A stretch of DNA of 64,000 nt from an uncultured Lachnoclostridium sp. (GCA_946491795.1 CAMLYF010000006.1:16504-80503); one strand, 5' to 3'. Numbered from the stretch's first letter, positions 19,649-30,192 are shown. The notes: a model not told the origin generated them from the sequence alone. Numbers and translations: made by a program.

Positions 19649-21190
19649 ATGGATCGGAATAAAGTACTTAATGACAGGAAAAAGAAAGGCAGGATACGGT
19701 TCTCAGTCAGGACAAAGATCCTTATGCTGGCAGCCATAGTCGTACTGCCTTTTCTCTTTGCCATTTTCTATCTGCTTGCGTCTATGAGTAATTACAGCCG
19801 GGTTTATGAACGGATTGTCAGCGATATAACAGTGGCGAATAATTATAATCTCAACTTCAAAGAAGAGATGGACGAAAGCATGTATAAGCTGGTAGTCGGT
19901 TATGTGACATTTGATAATATCTCGGAGGAAGATACGCTTGAAAATCCCTATGACCTTATTGAAGAGCTGCGCGGTGAGTTCACAAATCTTATGGATGTGA
20001 CTGCAGAGGGAGAGAGCAGAGTGTGGCTTCAGAGCCTGCTCAACAACCTGGATACGCTTGAGAACAGAATAGACGATATAGTCGCGTCTACATCCTCCGA
20101 CGGCCAGTACGACGACAATATCGAACGGCTGGACAATAATATCTATGTCCTGACAGAACTGATTCAGGATGATATCCAGTATTATATTTATTATCAGACA
20201 CAGAATATGGAAGAAGTTACCGATGATCTGAATACGCAGATCAGGGATTTTATCATCTTTTTTGTCGGTATCATGGCTGTGCTTATCCTTATCATTACGA
20301 TCGCGGCTGTGCTGATCGCATCGGGAATCATTAAGCCGGTAAGAGAACTGTACGGTGCGACACAGAAGATTGCCAGAGGGGATTTTACCGCGAGGGCCAG
20401 GATCAATACAACAGATGAGATCGCCGAGCTTGCCGAAGGATTTAATACGATGGCGGGCAATATGCAGGGCATGATCCAAAAGATCAAAGAGGATGAGCAG
20501 AAAATGAGGAGAGCGGATCTGCGGCTCCTTCAGGAACAGATCAATCCTCATTTCCTTTACAATACGCTGGATACGATCGTGTGGCTGATCGAGGGAAATG
20601 AGACGGACCAGGCAGTGAACATGGTTGTTACTTTATCCGGCTTCTTTCGTCAGGTGCTCAACAAAGGAAAAGAGCTTATAACAATAAAAGAAGAAGAGCA
20701 GCATATCAGAAGTTATCTTGAAATCCAGTCTATGAGATACCATGATATCCTCGAATACGATATCCAGATCGATCAGGTGTTGTATGACTATCAGATTCTG
20801 AAACTGACGCTGCAGCCTGTGGTGGAAAACGCGCTCTATCACGGGATAAAGTATAAACGTGCCAAAGGCTATATTCATGTCAACGGTGAAATGGACGGAA
20901 ATCTGATCCGTCTGACGGTCAGGGATAACGGTGCCGGAATGGAGGAAAAAGAGCTTGAGGAGCTGCGTGAAGAGATCGGACGTCCCTGTAAGGAGACGGA
21001 AAAGGGATTTGGTCTTGCAAATGTAAATGAGCGGATCCACATGTATTTCGGAGAACAGTACGGCATTACGATTCAGTCCGTAAAAGACCGGGGTACGATC
21101 GTGGAGATCACGATACCGGCGATAAAGCCGGCGTCAGGAAAAGAAGAAGGAGACGCCCGGCTGCTTCAGGGCAGCGCACAGGGAGAGTGA
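19649..21190 (+). CDS. Sensor histidine kinase (YesM/LytS-like, HAMP plus His_kinase plus HATPase)
   Basis: Two TM helices flank a ~180-aa extracellular domain. HAMP region. LQEQINPHFLYNTLDTI phosphoacceptor motif. VRDNGAGM ATPase motif. Confidence 0.9.
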   Translation: MDRNKVLNDRKKKGRIRFSVRTKILMLAAIVVLPFLFAIFYLLASMSNYSRVYERIVSDITVANNYNLNFKEEMDESMYKLVVGYVTFDNISEEDTLENPYDLIEELRGEFTNLMDVTAEGESRVWLQSLLNNLDTLENRIDDIVASTSSDGQYDDNIERLDNNIYVLTELIQDDIQYYIYYQTQNMEEVTDDLNTQIRDFIIFFVGIMAVLILIITIAAVLIASGIIKPVRELYGATQKIARGDFTARARINTTDEIAELAEGFNTMAGNMQGMIQKIKEDEQKMRRADLRLLQEQINPHFLYNTLDTIVWLIEGNETDQAVNMVVTLSGFFRQVLNKGKELITIKEEEQHIRSYLEIQSMRYHDILEYDIQIDQVLYDYQILKLTLQPVVENALYHGIKYKRAKGYIHVNGEMDGNLIRLTVRDNGAGMEEKELEELREEIGRPCKETEKGFGLANVNERIHMYFGEQYGITIQSVKDRGTIVEITIPAIKPASGKEEGDARLLQGSAQGE

Positions 21191-21195
21191 GAAAA

Positions 21196-22233
21196 ATGAG
21201 TAAAGTTTTCAGACGGGCTTCACGCAGAGCGGGAAGACTCTTTGCCATATTGGCGTCTGCTTTCCTGCTGCTGGCAGGATGCGGCAAACAGTTTGACATC
21301 GGAGATCCGGAAGAAACACGGACGGCAGACGAGGAGCTGATCGTAGTGGGAGTCTCTCAGATCGGAAGCGAATCAGTGTGGAGAACTGCGAATACGGCTT
21401 CTATACAGAGTGTGTTTACAAGAGAGAACGGATACCTTCTGATCTTTGACAATGCAAGACAGAAGCAGGAAAATCAGATTAAGGCGATACGGAATTTTAT
21501 CTCTCAGGAGGTAGACTATATTGTCTTTTCTCCGATCGAGGAAGACGGATGGGACGACGTGCTGCATGAGGCGGAAGATGCCGGTATACCGGTTATTCTC
21601 ATGGACCGTACGATAAAGACGGAAGATGAGTCGCTGTTTACTGCGCGTATCGGTTCTGATTTTGTGCAAGAGGGAGAAAATGCAGGTATCTGGCTTTCCG
21701 AGTATCTCGAGGAACAGGGCAGGCAGGACGAAACAGTCAATATTGTAGTTCTGCAGGGAACAGCGGGAAGCACATCCACCATCGGCCGGACTGACGGGTT
21801 TAATAAAGTGGCGGCTGAACACGGGAACTGGAATATCCTGGAGCAGACGGACGGTGATTTTACGACAGCGAAGGCGCGGGAAGAGATGGGCAGGCTGCTT
21901 AAGACGTACGGGGAGATCGATGTGGTAGTATCGCAGAATGATGATATGACGTTCGGTGTTCTGGACGAGCTGGAAGATGCCGGAATGACAACAGGCGTGG
22001 ATGGAGACGTTATAGTGATATCCTTTGACGCCGTAAGGTCAGCGCTCGAAAAAGTGCAGGATGGATCGATCAATGTGGATATCGAATGTAATCCCGAACA
22101 GGGGCCGTATGTAGAGAAAGTGATACGGGATCTGGAGAACGGGAAGGAAGTAGATAAATATTCCTATGTGCCGGAACAGATATTTACTCAGGATAATTTG
22201 AGCCGGCAGCTCATAGACGAGAGAAGTTACTGA
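21196..22233 (+). CDS. Periplasmic sugar-binding lipoprotein embedded in the two-component operon (sensor partner)
   Basis: Lipobox LLAGC and a PBP type-I fold. Paralogous to the transporter binding protein at 25361 (shared GVDGDVI(V/I)..FD and (E/Q)CNP motifs). The ORF track starts at GTG 21187; ATG 21196 follows GGGAGAG. Confidence 0.85.
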   Translation: MSKVFRRASRRAGRLFAILASAFLLLAGCGKQFDIGDPEETRTADEELIVVGVSQIGSESVWRTANTASIQSVFTRENGYLLIFDNARQKQENQIKAIRNFISQEVDYIVFSPIEEDGWDDVLHEAEDAGIPVILMDRTIKTEDESLFTARIGSDFVQEGENAGIWLSEYLEEQGRQDETVNIVVLQGTAGSTSTIGRTDGFNKVAAEHGNWNILEQTDGDFTTAKAREEMGRLLKTYGEIDVVVSQNDDMTFGVLDELEDAGMTTGVDGDVIVISFDAVRSALEKVQDGSINVDIECNPEQGPYVEKVIRDLENGKEVDKYSYVPEQIFTQDNLSRQLIDERSY

Positions 22234-22251
22234 TGATATGGAGAGAGTGGT

Positions 22252-23868
22252 ATGTTAAAAGTATTTCTAGTAGAAGATGAAAGTGTGATCAGAGACGGGC
22301 TCAGAGACAATATCCCATGGCAGCAGTACGGATTTCAGTTTGTAGGGGAGGCGGCCGACGGCGAGATGGCCCTGCCGCTGATCCGGAAGACAAGACCGGA
22401 TGTACTTATTACAGATATAAAGATGCCTTTCATGGATGGTCTGTCTCTGAGCAGGATCGTCAGTAAAGAATTTCCCAAGACAAAGATCGTCATTATCAGC
22501 GGATATGATGACTTCGAATATGCAAGGCAGGCGATCGAGGTGGGGGTAGATCAGTTTCTGTTAAAGCCGATCACAAGGCTCATGCTGAAGAAGACGCTTC
22601 TTGAAATGAAAGAGAAGATCGAGCAGGAAGAGGATAAGAACGATTATCAGATCCAGTACCAGGCTGAGATGCATGTCTATGAGCAGTTTTCGAGAAGACG
22701 ATTTATGGAGAAAGTACTGACGGGCGAACTCACAGTCAAAGAAATTTATGAAGAAGCATCCAAGCTTTCTCTGGAGATTACGGCGCCGTGCTATAATCTG
22801 CTGCTTTTTTATCTTCAGGAGAAGAATCCGGATCTTTCGGGGGAAGGTATGGACGATTTTATGAGGAAACAGGATGAGGTGCTCCATTATTTCCTGCGCC
22901 ATCCGGAATATCTTCTGTTCCGCTGGAACGCCAGCTCATACGGAGTGCTCATCCGTTCGGAGACATCGCAGATCGGTGAACTTACAGAGAAAGGCCTGGG
23001 ACATATCAGGGATTTCTGTATGGGGCAGGAACATCTGGAGTGGTATGTGGCAGTGGGAAATCCGGTGGAGAGACTGAGCCTTCTGCCGGAATGCTACCGT
23101 CAGGTGAATCATTATTTCGCCTATCGCTTTATGATGCCGGATCTCCATGTGCTTTCGGAAGTCACACTTGAAGATTATGTCAATTCACAGGATGAGCAGA
23201 ATATCGACAGTGTGGATCCGTCGACGATGGCCCAGGAAGTGATAAGGGATTTTCTCGAGCACGGAAATGAAAGCGAGATCCATGATTTTGTGGAGTCTTA
23301 TCTCCAGAGCATCAGCAGAGCCCTGAAATCCAGGATGTTCCGGGCGTATGTGGTTCTGAACATACGGTTTACGATGATCGCGTATGTAGAGTCGCTGGGA
23401 GCTTCGAAGGAAGAGTATATGAAGAAGATAGGAGATTATGCGCAGGAGATGAATATAGAACCGGACGAAGTGCCTGCGTATTTCGTAAATATGCTCCAGG
23501 CGGCGTTTGAGATAAGGGAGCAGGCGAGCAGCAGCCAGAACAGGAAGCTGATCAGCCGGGCGATCGCCTACATTGATGAGAATTATATGCACGACAGTCT
23601 GTCACTTAATACGGTGGCGGCAGAGGCGGAAGTAAGCGCCAACTATCTGAGCGCCGTATTCAGCCAGAGTATGAAGAAAACATTTGTAGAGTATGTTACT
23701 GAGAAGAGAATGGAAAAAGCAAAGAAACTTCTGAAGAGTACGTCTCTTTCCTCCGGCGAAATTGCCGCACGGACAGGATATAAGGATTCCCATTATTTCA
23801 GTTTTGTCTTTAAGAAGACGCAGGGGATGAGTCCCCGGGAATACCGTGCCGCCAGAAAAGAACAGTAA
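22252..23868 (+). CDS. Response regulator with AraC-type HTH output (YesN-like)
   Basis: Receiver domain (VLITDIKMPFMDG) and a C-terminal AraC HTH pair (LSLNTVAAEAEVSANYLSAVF..., GEIAARTGYKDSHYFSFVFKK). Confidence 0.9.
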   Translation: MLKVFLVEDESVIRDGLRDNIPWQQYGFQFVGEAADGEMALPLIRKTRPDVLITDIKMPFMDGLSLSRIVSKEFPKTKIVIISGYDDFEYARQAIEVGVDQFLLKPITRLMLKKTLLEMKEKIEQEEDKNDYQIQYQAEMHVYEQFSRRRFMEKVLTGELTVKEIYEEASKLSLEITAPCYNLLLFYLQEKNPDLSGEGMDDFMRKQDEVLHYFLRHPEYLLFRWNASSYGVLIRSETSQIGELTEKGLGHIRDFCMGQEHLEWYVAVGNPVERLSLLPECYRQVNHYFAYRFMMPDLHVLSEVTLEDYVNSQDEQNIDSVDPSTMAQEVIRDFLEHGNESEIHDFVESYLQSISRALKSRMFRAYVVLNIRFTMIAYVESLGASKEEYMKKIGDYAQEMNIEPDEVPAYFVNMLQAAFEIREQASSSQNRKLISRAIAYIDENYMHDSLSLNTVAAEAEVSANYLSAVFSQSMKKTFVEYVTEKRMEKAKKLLKSTSLSSGEIAARTGYKDSHYFSFVFKKTQGMSPREYRAARKEQ

Positions 23869-23870
23869 CT

Positions 23871-24953
23871 CTAAACGGTAAAATTTGTACTTCCTTTCAG
23901 GTTCAGTTTCCATGGGACTTCCTGCGGACTCGCGGGAAGTCCTTTTAAACGCCGTACCATTGTCATGGCTGCGAGAGTTCCCATCTCGTGCGGCTTGTGA
24001 GAGAGTGTGGTGATCGACAGAGGGCCGTAATTGCTGAGATAAGTATTGTCGAAAGCAGCGACGGCCATATCTTCAGGAAGGTGGTATCCCGCAAGCCTGA
24101 GTTCACGGAGCAGATAGAAAGCGATCATATCATTGTAACAGACTACTGCAGTGCATGAACTGAGCGCTTCCCCTGCAATTTTCCTGAGAAACGAGCTGTC
24201 TTTTTCTTTCTCAAGGGAGAACTGATCACGGGAATCAAACCATCCGATTTTCTCGTCTGATATATTGAGGTGCAGGGAACGCATCGTCTCGATGAATCCC
24301 TGATAACGTTCGATGCTCTGCAGGTCGTCCGTTTTAAAGATGCCTCCGATGGAAGTGTGTCCCTGCTCCGCGAGATGGCGGACGAGCATGGCGCTCCCGG
24401 CAATGTTGTCGTCTTTTATATAAAGGCTGCCTGTCAGAGCTGGATAATAGTTGTGGAGAAAGACGAGCCCGGTTCCCTTTTTCATGAGTCGGCGATACAG
24501 GTCCAGATTAGGGCTGGGAAGAGCACTTTTGCATCCTTCTGCAATGATGCCGCGCGGCGGAGCGTCGAGCAGGCTGAGAAGAATTTCATATTCGGATTCC
24601 GTACGGCCGCCGGTGATATAAACATGCGGAGTAAAACCGTTTCCGGACAGCTCTGCCCGGATATCCGCGAGGACTCCGGGATAGATGTATTCCTGATCAT
24701 CGGAGATCAGAATGGCGACCGTATTCTTATTCTGATCGGGAAGGACGCCTGTTATGTAAGATCCGCTGCCCTGCTTTCTCACGATCAGATTTCCTTTTTC
24801 CAGAACAGCCAGCGCCTGTCTGACCGTCTGGCGGCTTACGTGGTATCTTGAGCAAAGTTCCTGTTCAGTGGGCAGCTTCTCTATTCCTGCCCTGATATTT
24901 TTCCCTATCATTTCTTTCAGTTCCCCGGCGAGCCATTTATACTTGATTGACAT
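23871..24953 (-). CDS. GntR-family regulator with a PBP-type sugar-binding domain (AraR-like architecture)
   Basis: N-terminal GntR wHTH (ELCSRYHVSRQTVRQALAVLEKGNLIVRKQGSGSYI). C-terminal LacI/PBP1-like domain (VVCYNDMIAFYLLRELRLAGYHLPEDMAVAAFDN). Confidence 0.85.
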   Translation of the reverse strand: MSIKYKWLAGELKEMIGKNIRAGIEKLPTEQELCSRYHVSRQTVRQALAVLEKGNLIVRKQGSGSYITGVLPDQNKNTVAILISDDQEYIYPGVLADIRAELSGNGFTPHVYITGGRTESEYEILLSLLDAPPRGIIAEGCKSALPSPNLDLYRRLMKKGTGLVFLHNYYPALTGSLYIKDDNIAGSAMLVRHLAEQGHTSIGGIFKTDDLQSIERYQGFIETMRSLHLNISDEKIGWFDSRDQFSLEKEKDSSFLRKIAGEALSSCTAVVCYNDMIAFYLLRELRLAGYHLPEDMAVAAFDNTYLSNYGPLSITTLSHKPHEMGTLAAMTMVRRLKGLPASPQEVPWKLNLKGSTNFTV

Positions 24954-25360
24954 GTTGAAATTCTCCTTTAATTTTTTACTTTTAATTCCGAAAAAGTAAA
25001 AAAATACCGATTTTAAAATCAGAAAATAAATAATTTTTTAACCTTATATTCATCTGTATGAAATGTGCACAGTAAATGAAAATCATACGAAGTATCCCAA
25101 AGGTTTGCCCAAGACAGTACAAATCTAAAAAAATCATACCTATTTCCAAGAATATTAAACTTAAGATATAATTTGTACTTAAAATAGATAATATCATACA
25201 GAATTTGTATTGTAAATATCTTATAAATCCCTGAAACATAAGGTTTTCTGATTGTTTCTAAATTGTCCGGATGTTATCCTATACACACAGGGACAGAACG
25301 TTCCAGAATATACGGTCCGCAGACGGGCGGAAGAAAACTCAGTAAAAGGGAGGAAACAAA

Positions 25361-26374
25361 ATGAAAAGAAGAATTGCAGCATTATTAATGTCAGCAGCAA
25401 TGGTAGCAAGCCTTGTAGGGTGCGGCGGAGGAAATACCGGATCATCATCCTCAGGATCAGGTGACGCGGCAACAGCGGAAGATTCCGGCAGCGGAGATCT
25501 GATCAAAGTCGGCATTATCAACAATGACCCGAACGAGTCCGGATACCGTACAGCGAACGACAACGATATGAAAGAAAAGTTCACAAAAGAGAACGGCTAT
25601 GACGCTTCATTTGCATACAGCTTAAAGAATGATGAGCAGATCACAGCGGCTCAGCAGTTTATCCAGGATGGCGTTGATTATCTTCTTCTTTCCGCAGCAG
25701 ATACAGCCGGATGGGATACAGTTCTTCAGGATGCACAGAATGCAGGTACAAGAGTAATCCTCTTTGACCGTGTAATCGATGCAGATGAAAGCCTGTATGA
25801 AGCAGCCATCATATCTGATATGGATAAAGAAGGCGAAACAGCAGTTAACTGGCTGAGAGATCAGGGACTCGATGAGTACAATATCATCCACATCCAGGGT
25901 GTTATGGGATCAGCGGCACAGCAGGGACGTACAGGAGCTCTTAACGATGCGGTTGAGTCCGACGGCTGGAATCTGGTAACACAGCAGGCAGCTGACTGGA
26001 ACGCAGAGACAGCACAGCAGATTGTTCAGTCCGTAATCGACTCCGGCGAGGACTTCAATGTAATCTACGCTGAGAACGACGATATGGCAAGAGGCGCAGT
26101 TGCGGCACTTGATCAGGCTAACATTTCACACGGTGTTGACGGCGACGTTATCATCATGGGATTTGATACAAACACATGGGCTCTGGAAGAACTGCTTAAA
26201 GGAAACTGGAACTATGACGGACAGTGCAATCCGTATCAGGCTTCCTATATCGACGAAGTAATCCAGACAATCGAGAGCGGCGGAACAGTAGAGCAGAAGA
26301 CAATCTACCTTGAGGAGCAGGGCTTCGACGCAACAACGATCACACAGGAAGATATCGATAACTACGGTATCTAA
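25361..26374 (+). CDS. CUT2-family ABC sugar-binding lipoprotein (RbsB/YtfQ-like)
   Basis: Lipobox LVGC plus a Ser/Gly linker. 337 aa. Strong GGGAGG RBS. Confidence 0.85.
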   Translation: MKRRIAALLMSAAMVASLVGCGGGNTGSSSSGSGDAATAEDSGSGDLIKVGIINNDPNESGYRTANDNDMKEKFTKENGYDASFAYSLKNDEQITAAQQFIQDGVDYLLLSAADTAGWDTVLQDAQNAGTRVILFDRVIDADESLYEAAIISDMDKEGETAVNWLRDQGLDEYNIIHIQGVMGSAAQQGRTGALNDAVESDGWNLVTQQAADWNAETAQQIVQSVIDSGEDFNVIYAENDDMARGAVAALDQANISHGVDGDVIIMGFDTNTWALEELLKGNWNYDGQCNPYQASYIDEVIQTIESGGTVEQKTIYLEEQGFDATTITQEDIDNYGI

Positions 26375-26484
26375 ATACCGGACGGTCACAGACGCCGGAA
26401 ATACATAAAGGTATAAAAGCACGCGGCGCGGCGGAACAAAAAGAAGTACGTCTGCGCCGCATTTTTTCTAAAAAAGGTTGAGAG

Positions 26485-28014
26485 GTGAATATACTGGTGA
26501 AAGAAAAATCTGTACTCGAAATGAGAGGCATATGTAAGTACTTTCCCGGAGTGCGCGCCCTGCACAAAGTGGACTTTACACTGTGTGAGGGTGAAATCCA
26601 TGCTCTGATGGGAGAAAACGGCGCCGGAAAATCAACACTGATCAAAGTTCTTACAGGAGTATATGAGAAAGACGAAGGAGAAATCTACCTGAAAGGTCTG
26701 GATAAACCTGCAGTGATCCATTCTCCGCAGGATGCGCAGAATCTGGGTATAAGTACCGTATATCAGGAGATTACGCTCTGCCCGAACCTGACGGTTGCCG
26801 AAAACATGTATATCGGACGTACCAAAGGAATCGGACAGAAATGGAAGAAGATGAACAGGGATGCAGACAAGATCCTCAAATCACTTGGCATCCCGGCAGA
26901 GGCGACACAGCAGCTTTCCAGCTGCTCGATTGCGGTACAGCAGATGGTAGCCATCGCGCGCGCCGTGGATATGGAGTGTAAGGTGCTCATCCTTGACGAA
27001 CCTACATCCTCACTGGATGACAACGAAGTTGAGAAGCTGTTCGGACTGATGAGAGATCTGAAAGCAAAAGGAGTGGGTATTATATTTGTTACCCATTTCC
27101 TTGATCAGGTGTATGAGGTCTGTGATAAGATCACGGTTTTACGCGACGGCCAGCTTGTTGGAGAATACGAGATCGAGAAGTTGCCTAGAGTCCAGCTTGT
27201 GGCGAAGATGCTCGGAAAAGAGCTCGACGATATGTCCGAGATACGTGACGAGAGTCTTGTATATCACGGGGCGGATGAGTCCGAATATGTAATTGAAGCG
27301 GAAGGGCTTCAGAGTAATGCCGGGATCAAGCCGTTTAATTTCCATATTAAGAAAGGCGAGGTCAACGGATTTGCCGGACTGCTCGGTTCCGGACGAAGCG
27401 AATGTGTACGTGCCATCTTCGGCGCAGATCATGTGACCGCCGGTTCTGTAAAAGTAAAAGGAAAGAAAGTAAAAATATCAAAACCGATAGATGCAATGAA
27501 GCATGGAATCGCATATCTCCCGGAAGACCGTAAAGTGGATGGCATCGTCGGAGATCTTTCTGTGCGTGACAATATTATCCTTGCCCAGCAGGTTCTGCGC
27601 GGATTCTTCCGTCCGTATTCCAAGGCGGAGGCGAACAAGATCGCGGAGGAGTATATCAAACTCCTTGACATTAAGACAGCTTCTACAGACACACCGATCA
27701 AATCGCTCTCCGGCGGAAATCAGCAGAAAGTTATCCTTGCGCGCTGGCTGCTGACACATCCGGATTATCTTATTCTGGATGAGCCTACCAGAGGAATCGA
27801 TGTGGGAACAAAAGTGGAAATCCAGAAACTGGTGCTTAAGCTGGCATCTGAAGGAATGAGCGTTACATTTATTTCTTCGGAGACAGACGAGATGCTCCGC
27901 ACATGTTCACGTCTTATCATTATGAGAGACCGCAAAGTTGTGGGTGAGATATCAGGAAATGAGCTGACACAGAACAGCATCATGAGTACGATCGCCGGAG
28001 GTGACACAGAATAA
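26485..28014 (+). CDS. CUT2 sugar ABC transporter ATP-binding protein (tandem NBDs)
   Basis: Two ABC cassettes: GENGAGKST ... LILDEPTSSLD, and a second with LSGGNQQKV ... LILDEPTRGID. The exact start is uncertain (GTG 26485, GTG 26506 or ATG 26521). Confidence 0.9.
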   Translation: MNILVKEKSVLEMRGICKYFPGVRALHKVDFTLCEGEIHALMGENGAGKSTLIKVLTGVYEKDEGEIYLKGLDKPAVIHSPQDAQNLGISTVYQEITLCPNLTVAENMYIGRTKGIGQKWKKMNRDADKILKSLGIPAEATQQLSSCSIAVQQMVAIARAVDMECKVLILDEPTSSLDDNEVEKLFGLMRDLKAKGVGIIFVTHFLDQVYEVCDKITVLRDGQLVGEYEIEKLPRVQLVAKMLGKELDDMSEIRDESLVYHGADESEYVIEAEGLQSNAGIKPFNFHIKKGEVNGFAGLLGSGRSECVRAIFGADHVTAGSVKVKGKKVKISKPIDAMKHGIAYLPEDRKVDGIVGDLSVRDNIILAQQVLRGFFRPYSKAEANKIAEEYIKLLDIKTASTDTPIKSLSGGNQQKVILARWLLTHPDYLILDEPTRGIDVGTKVEIQKLVLKLASEGMSVTFISSETDEMLRTCSRLIIMRDRKVVGEISGNELTQNSIMSTIAGGDTE

Positions 28015-29111
28015 TGCAAAAGACAAATACGAATAAAAAAAGTATAGGTCAGATGTTAAAAAATCTGACAAGAAAACAGATATTTATCCCGATCGTAGCT
28101 CTGCTGCTGCTGGCCCTGTTCAATCTGATCATGGACCCGGGGTTTTATCAGATCAAATTCGGTTATAACAGTGCCGGAAACCCGGTTCTGTCGGGATATA
28201 TTATTACAATCCTTGACAACGGTTCGGAGCTTGCGATCCTTGCCATCGGAATGACGCTTGTTACAGCGGCGACCGGCGGACAGGATATCAGTGTCGGCGC
28301 GGCGATCGCCATCGCCGGAAGCGTGATCCTGCGCGTACTCTGCGGCACGGAGGCAAGACCGGAAGAGCTTCAGGCGCCGATCATCGTCGCGTTCCTTGCA
28401 GCCTGTGTGGTATCTATGCTGTTTGGCGCATTTAACGGTATTCTGGTAGCCCAGTTTAAGATCCAGCCTATGGTCGCCACGCTGATCCTTTACACGGCGG
28501 GACGTAATATTGCGGCATGGATCAATCAGAACCAGCTTCCGATCGTCAGTGACGATACATTCGGATACTTTGGCGGAATGATTCCGGGAATCCCGATCCC
28601 GACTCCGGTATTCATTGCGATCGCATGTATCGTTATCACTGCTCTGGCACTGAAATTTACGAATCTGGGACTTTATACCCAGTCAGTAGGAATCAATGAG
28701 AGTTCCTCCAGACTGAACGGACTGAATCCGAAATTCATCAAGTTCATCACGTTCGTCATCCTTGGACTCTGTGTAGCGGTTGTCGGACTGATCAAGGTAA
28801 GCCGTCTGTCTACGATCAACTATTCTGTTATCGCGAAAGACATTGAGATGGACGCCATCCTGGCAGTCGCACTTGGCGGAAACGCACTGAGCGGCGGTAA
28901 ATTCAACATGCCGGCTTCGATCATGGGCGCATACACAATTCAGTTCCTGACGACAACTTTGTATAAATTCAAAGTCGCGTCAGAGGCGCTTCCGGCATAT
29001 AAGGCTGTAGTCGTGATCATCCTGGTGGTTATGAGTGCGCCGATCGTTAAAGAGCGTCTTGCTTCCCTTGGAAAGAAGTTAAGAGCGCACAATGCAAAGG
29101 AGGTCGGCTGA
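28014..29111 (+). CDS. CUT2 sugar ABC transporter permease
   Basis: 365 aa, ~10 TM. The start overlaps the upstream stop (TAATG). Confidence 0.85.
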   Translation: MQKTNTNKKSIGQMLKNLTRKQIFIPIVALLLLALFNLIMDPGFYQIKFGYNSAGNPVLSGYIITILDNGSELAILAIGMTLVTAATGGQDISVGAAIAIAGSVILRVLCGTEARPEELQAPIIVAFLAACVVSMLFGAFNGILVAQFKIQPMVATLILYTAGRNIAAWINQNQLPIVSDDTFGYFGGMIPGIPIPTPVFIAIACIVITALALKFTNLGLYTQSVGINESSSRLNGLNPKFIKFITFVILGLCVAVVGLIKVSRLSTINYSVIAKDIEMDAILAVALGGNALSGGKFNMPASIMGAYTIQFLTTTLYKFKVASEALPAYKAVVVIILVVMSAPIVKERLASLGKKLRAHNAKEVG

Positions 29112-29112
29112 T

Positions 29113-30159
29113 ATGGCATTATTTACGAAAGAATCTGCAGCTGCGGGGCAGATGCAGAAGAGAAAGAAGATTACAGATGCAAATCTGCTTCTGATCATAA
29201 CAATAGCAATATTCCTTATTATGTATATCGGCGCCATGATATTCCTTGGCGGAGGCTTCTTAAACGCACAGAACCTGTTCAACATTCTGATGCAGCAGTC
29301 CGCGCTGATCATTACAGCCTGCGGCATGAGCCTTGTCATGATCACGGGCGGTATCGATATCTCAGTCGGCGGCGTGGTTGCGCTTGTCTGCATGAGCTGT
29401 GCGGTGAGCCTTGACTATCTGCACTGGAATGTGCCGATGTCCATCCTTCTGGCTCTCGGTATCGGTCTTGCGTACGGCATTGTTCAGGGCTTCCTTGTAG
29501 CGTACCTTGAGATCCAGCCGTTCATTATCTCTCTTGCAGGAATGTTCTTTGCAAGAGGTATGACGACGATCGTACATACGGAGCCGTTCAATGTACAGAA
29601 TGAGTCGTTTACGGCACTGAAAAACACACGTATTATCGTTCCGGGAATGGGAAATGTAAACCGTCTCGGAAACTACATAGACGCATATATCAATATCGGG
29701 GTTGTCGTGGCTCTCATTATTGTAATCGCGCTGTTCGTCATGCTCCGCTGGACTAAGCTGGGACGCTCCTTCTACGCAGTAGGCGGAAACAGCCAGAGCG
29801 CACTTATGCTCGGCATTAACGTAAGACGTACAAAATTCATCGCGCATCTGATGTGCAGTGTCCTTGCAGGTGTTGCAGGATATGTATATTTCCTGTATGT
29901 AGGTTCCGGTTCCGCATCCCATGCATCGGGTATGGAGATGGATGCCATCGCATCCTCCATCATCGGCGGTACGCTGCTGACAGGCGGTGTCGGAAATATC
30001 ATCGGAACATTCGTGGGCGTGCTGTCCTTAAGTACGATCCAGAATATCGTGTCTTCCGTCGGACTGGATGAGGCATGGTGGACAGGTATCACTGTGGCGG
30101 CTATGCTGTGTCTGTTCCTCGTGATCCAGAGCGTGATCACATCACGGAAGAGAGATTAG
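29113..30159 (+). CDS. CUT2 sugar ABC transporter permease (second subunit, YjfF-like position)
   Basis: The ORF-track frame starts at 29092. ATG 29113 follows AAAGGAGG, so I prefer it. Multi-TM. Confidence 0.85.
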   Translation: MALFTKESAAAGQMQKRKKITDANLLLIITIAIFLIMYIGAMIFLGGGFLNAQNLFNILMQQSALIITACGMSLVMITGGIDISVGGVVALVCMSCAVSLDYLHWNVPMSILLALGIGLAYGIVQGFLVAYLEIQPFIISLAGMFFARGMTTIVHTEPFNVQNESFTALKNTRIIVPGMGNVNRLGNYIDAYINIGVVVALIIVIALFVMLRWTKLGRSFYAVGGNSQSALMLGINVRRTKFIAHLMCSVLAGVAGYVYFLYVGSGSASHASGMEMDAIASSIIGGTLLTGGVGNIIGTFVGVLSLSTIQNIVSSVGLDEAWWTGITVAAMLCLFLVIQSVITSRKRD

Positions 30160-30192
30160 GAATTAACAGCAGAACTGAAAAGAATATTAGAG

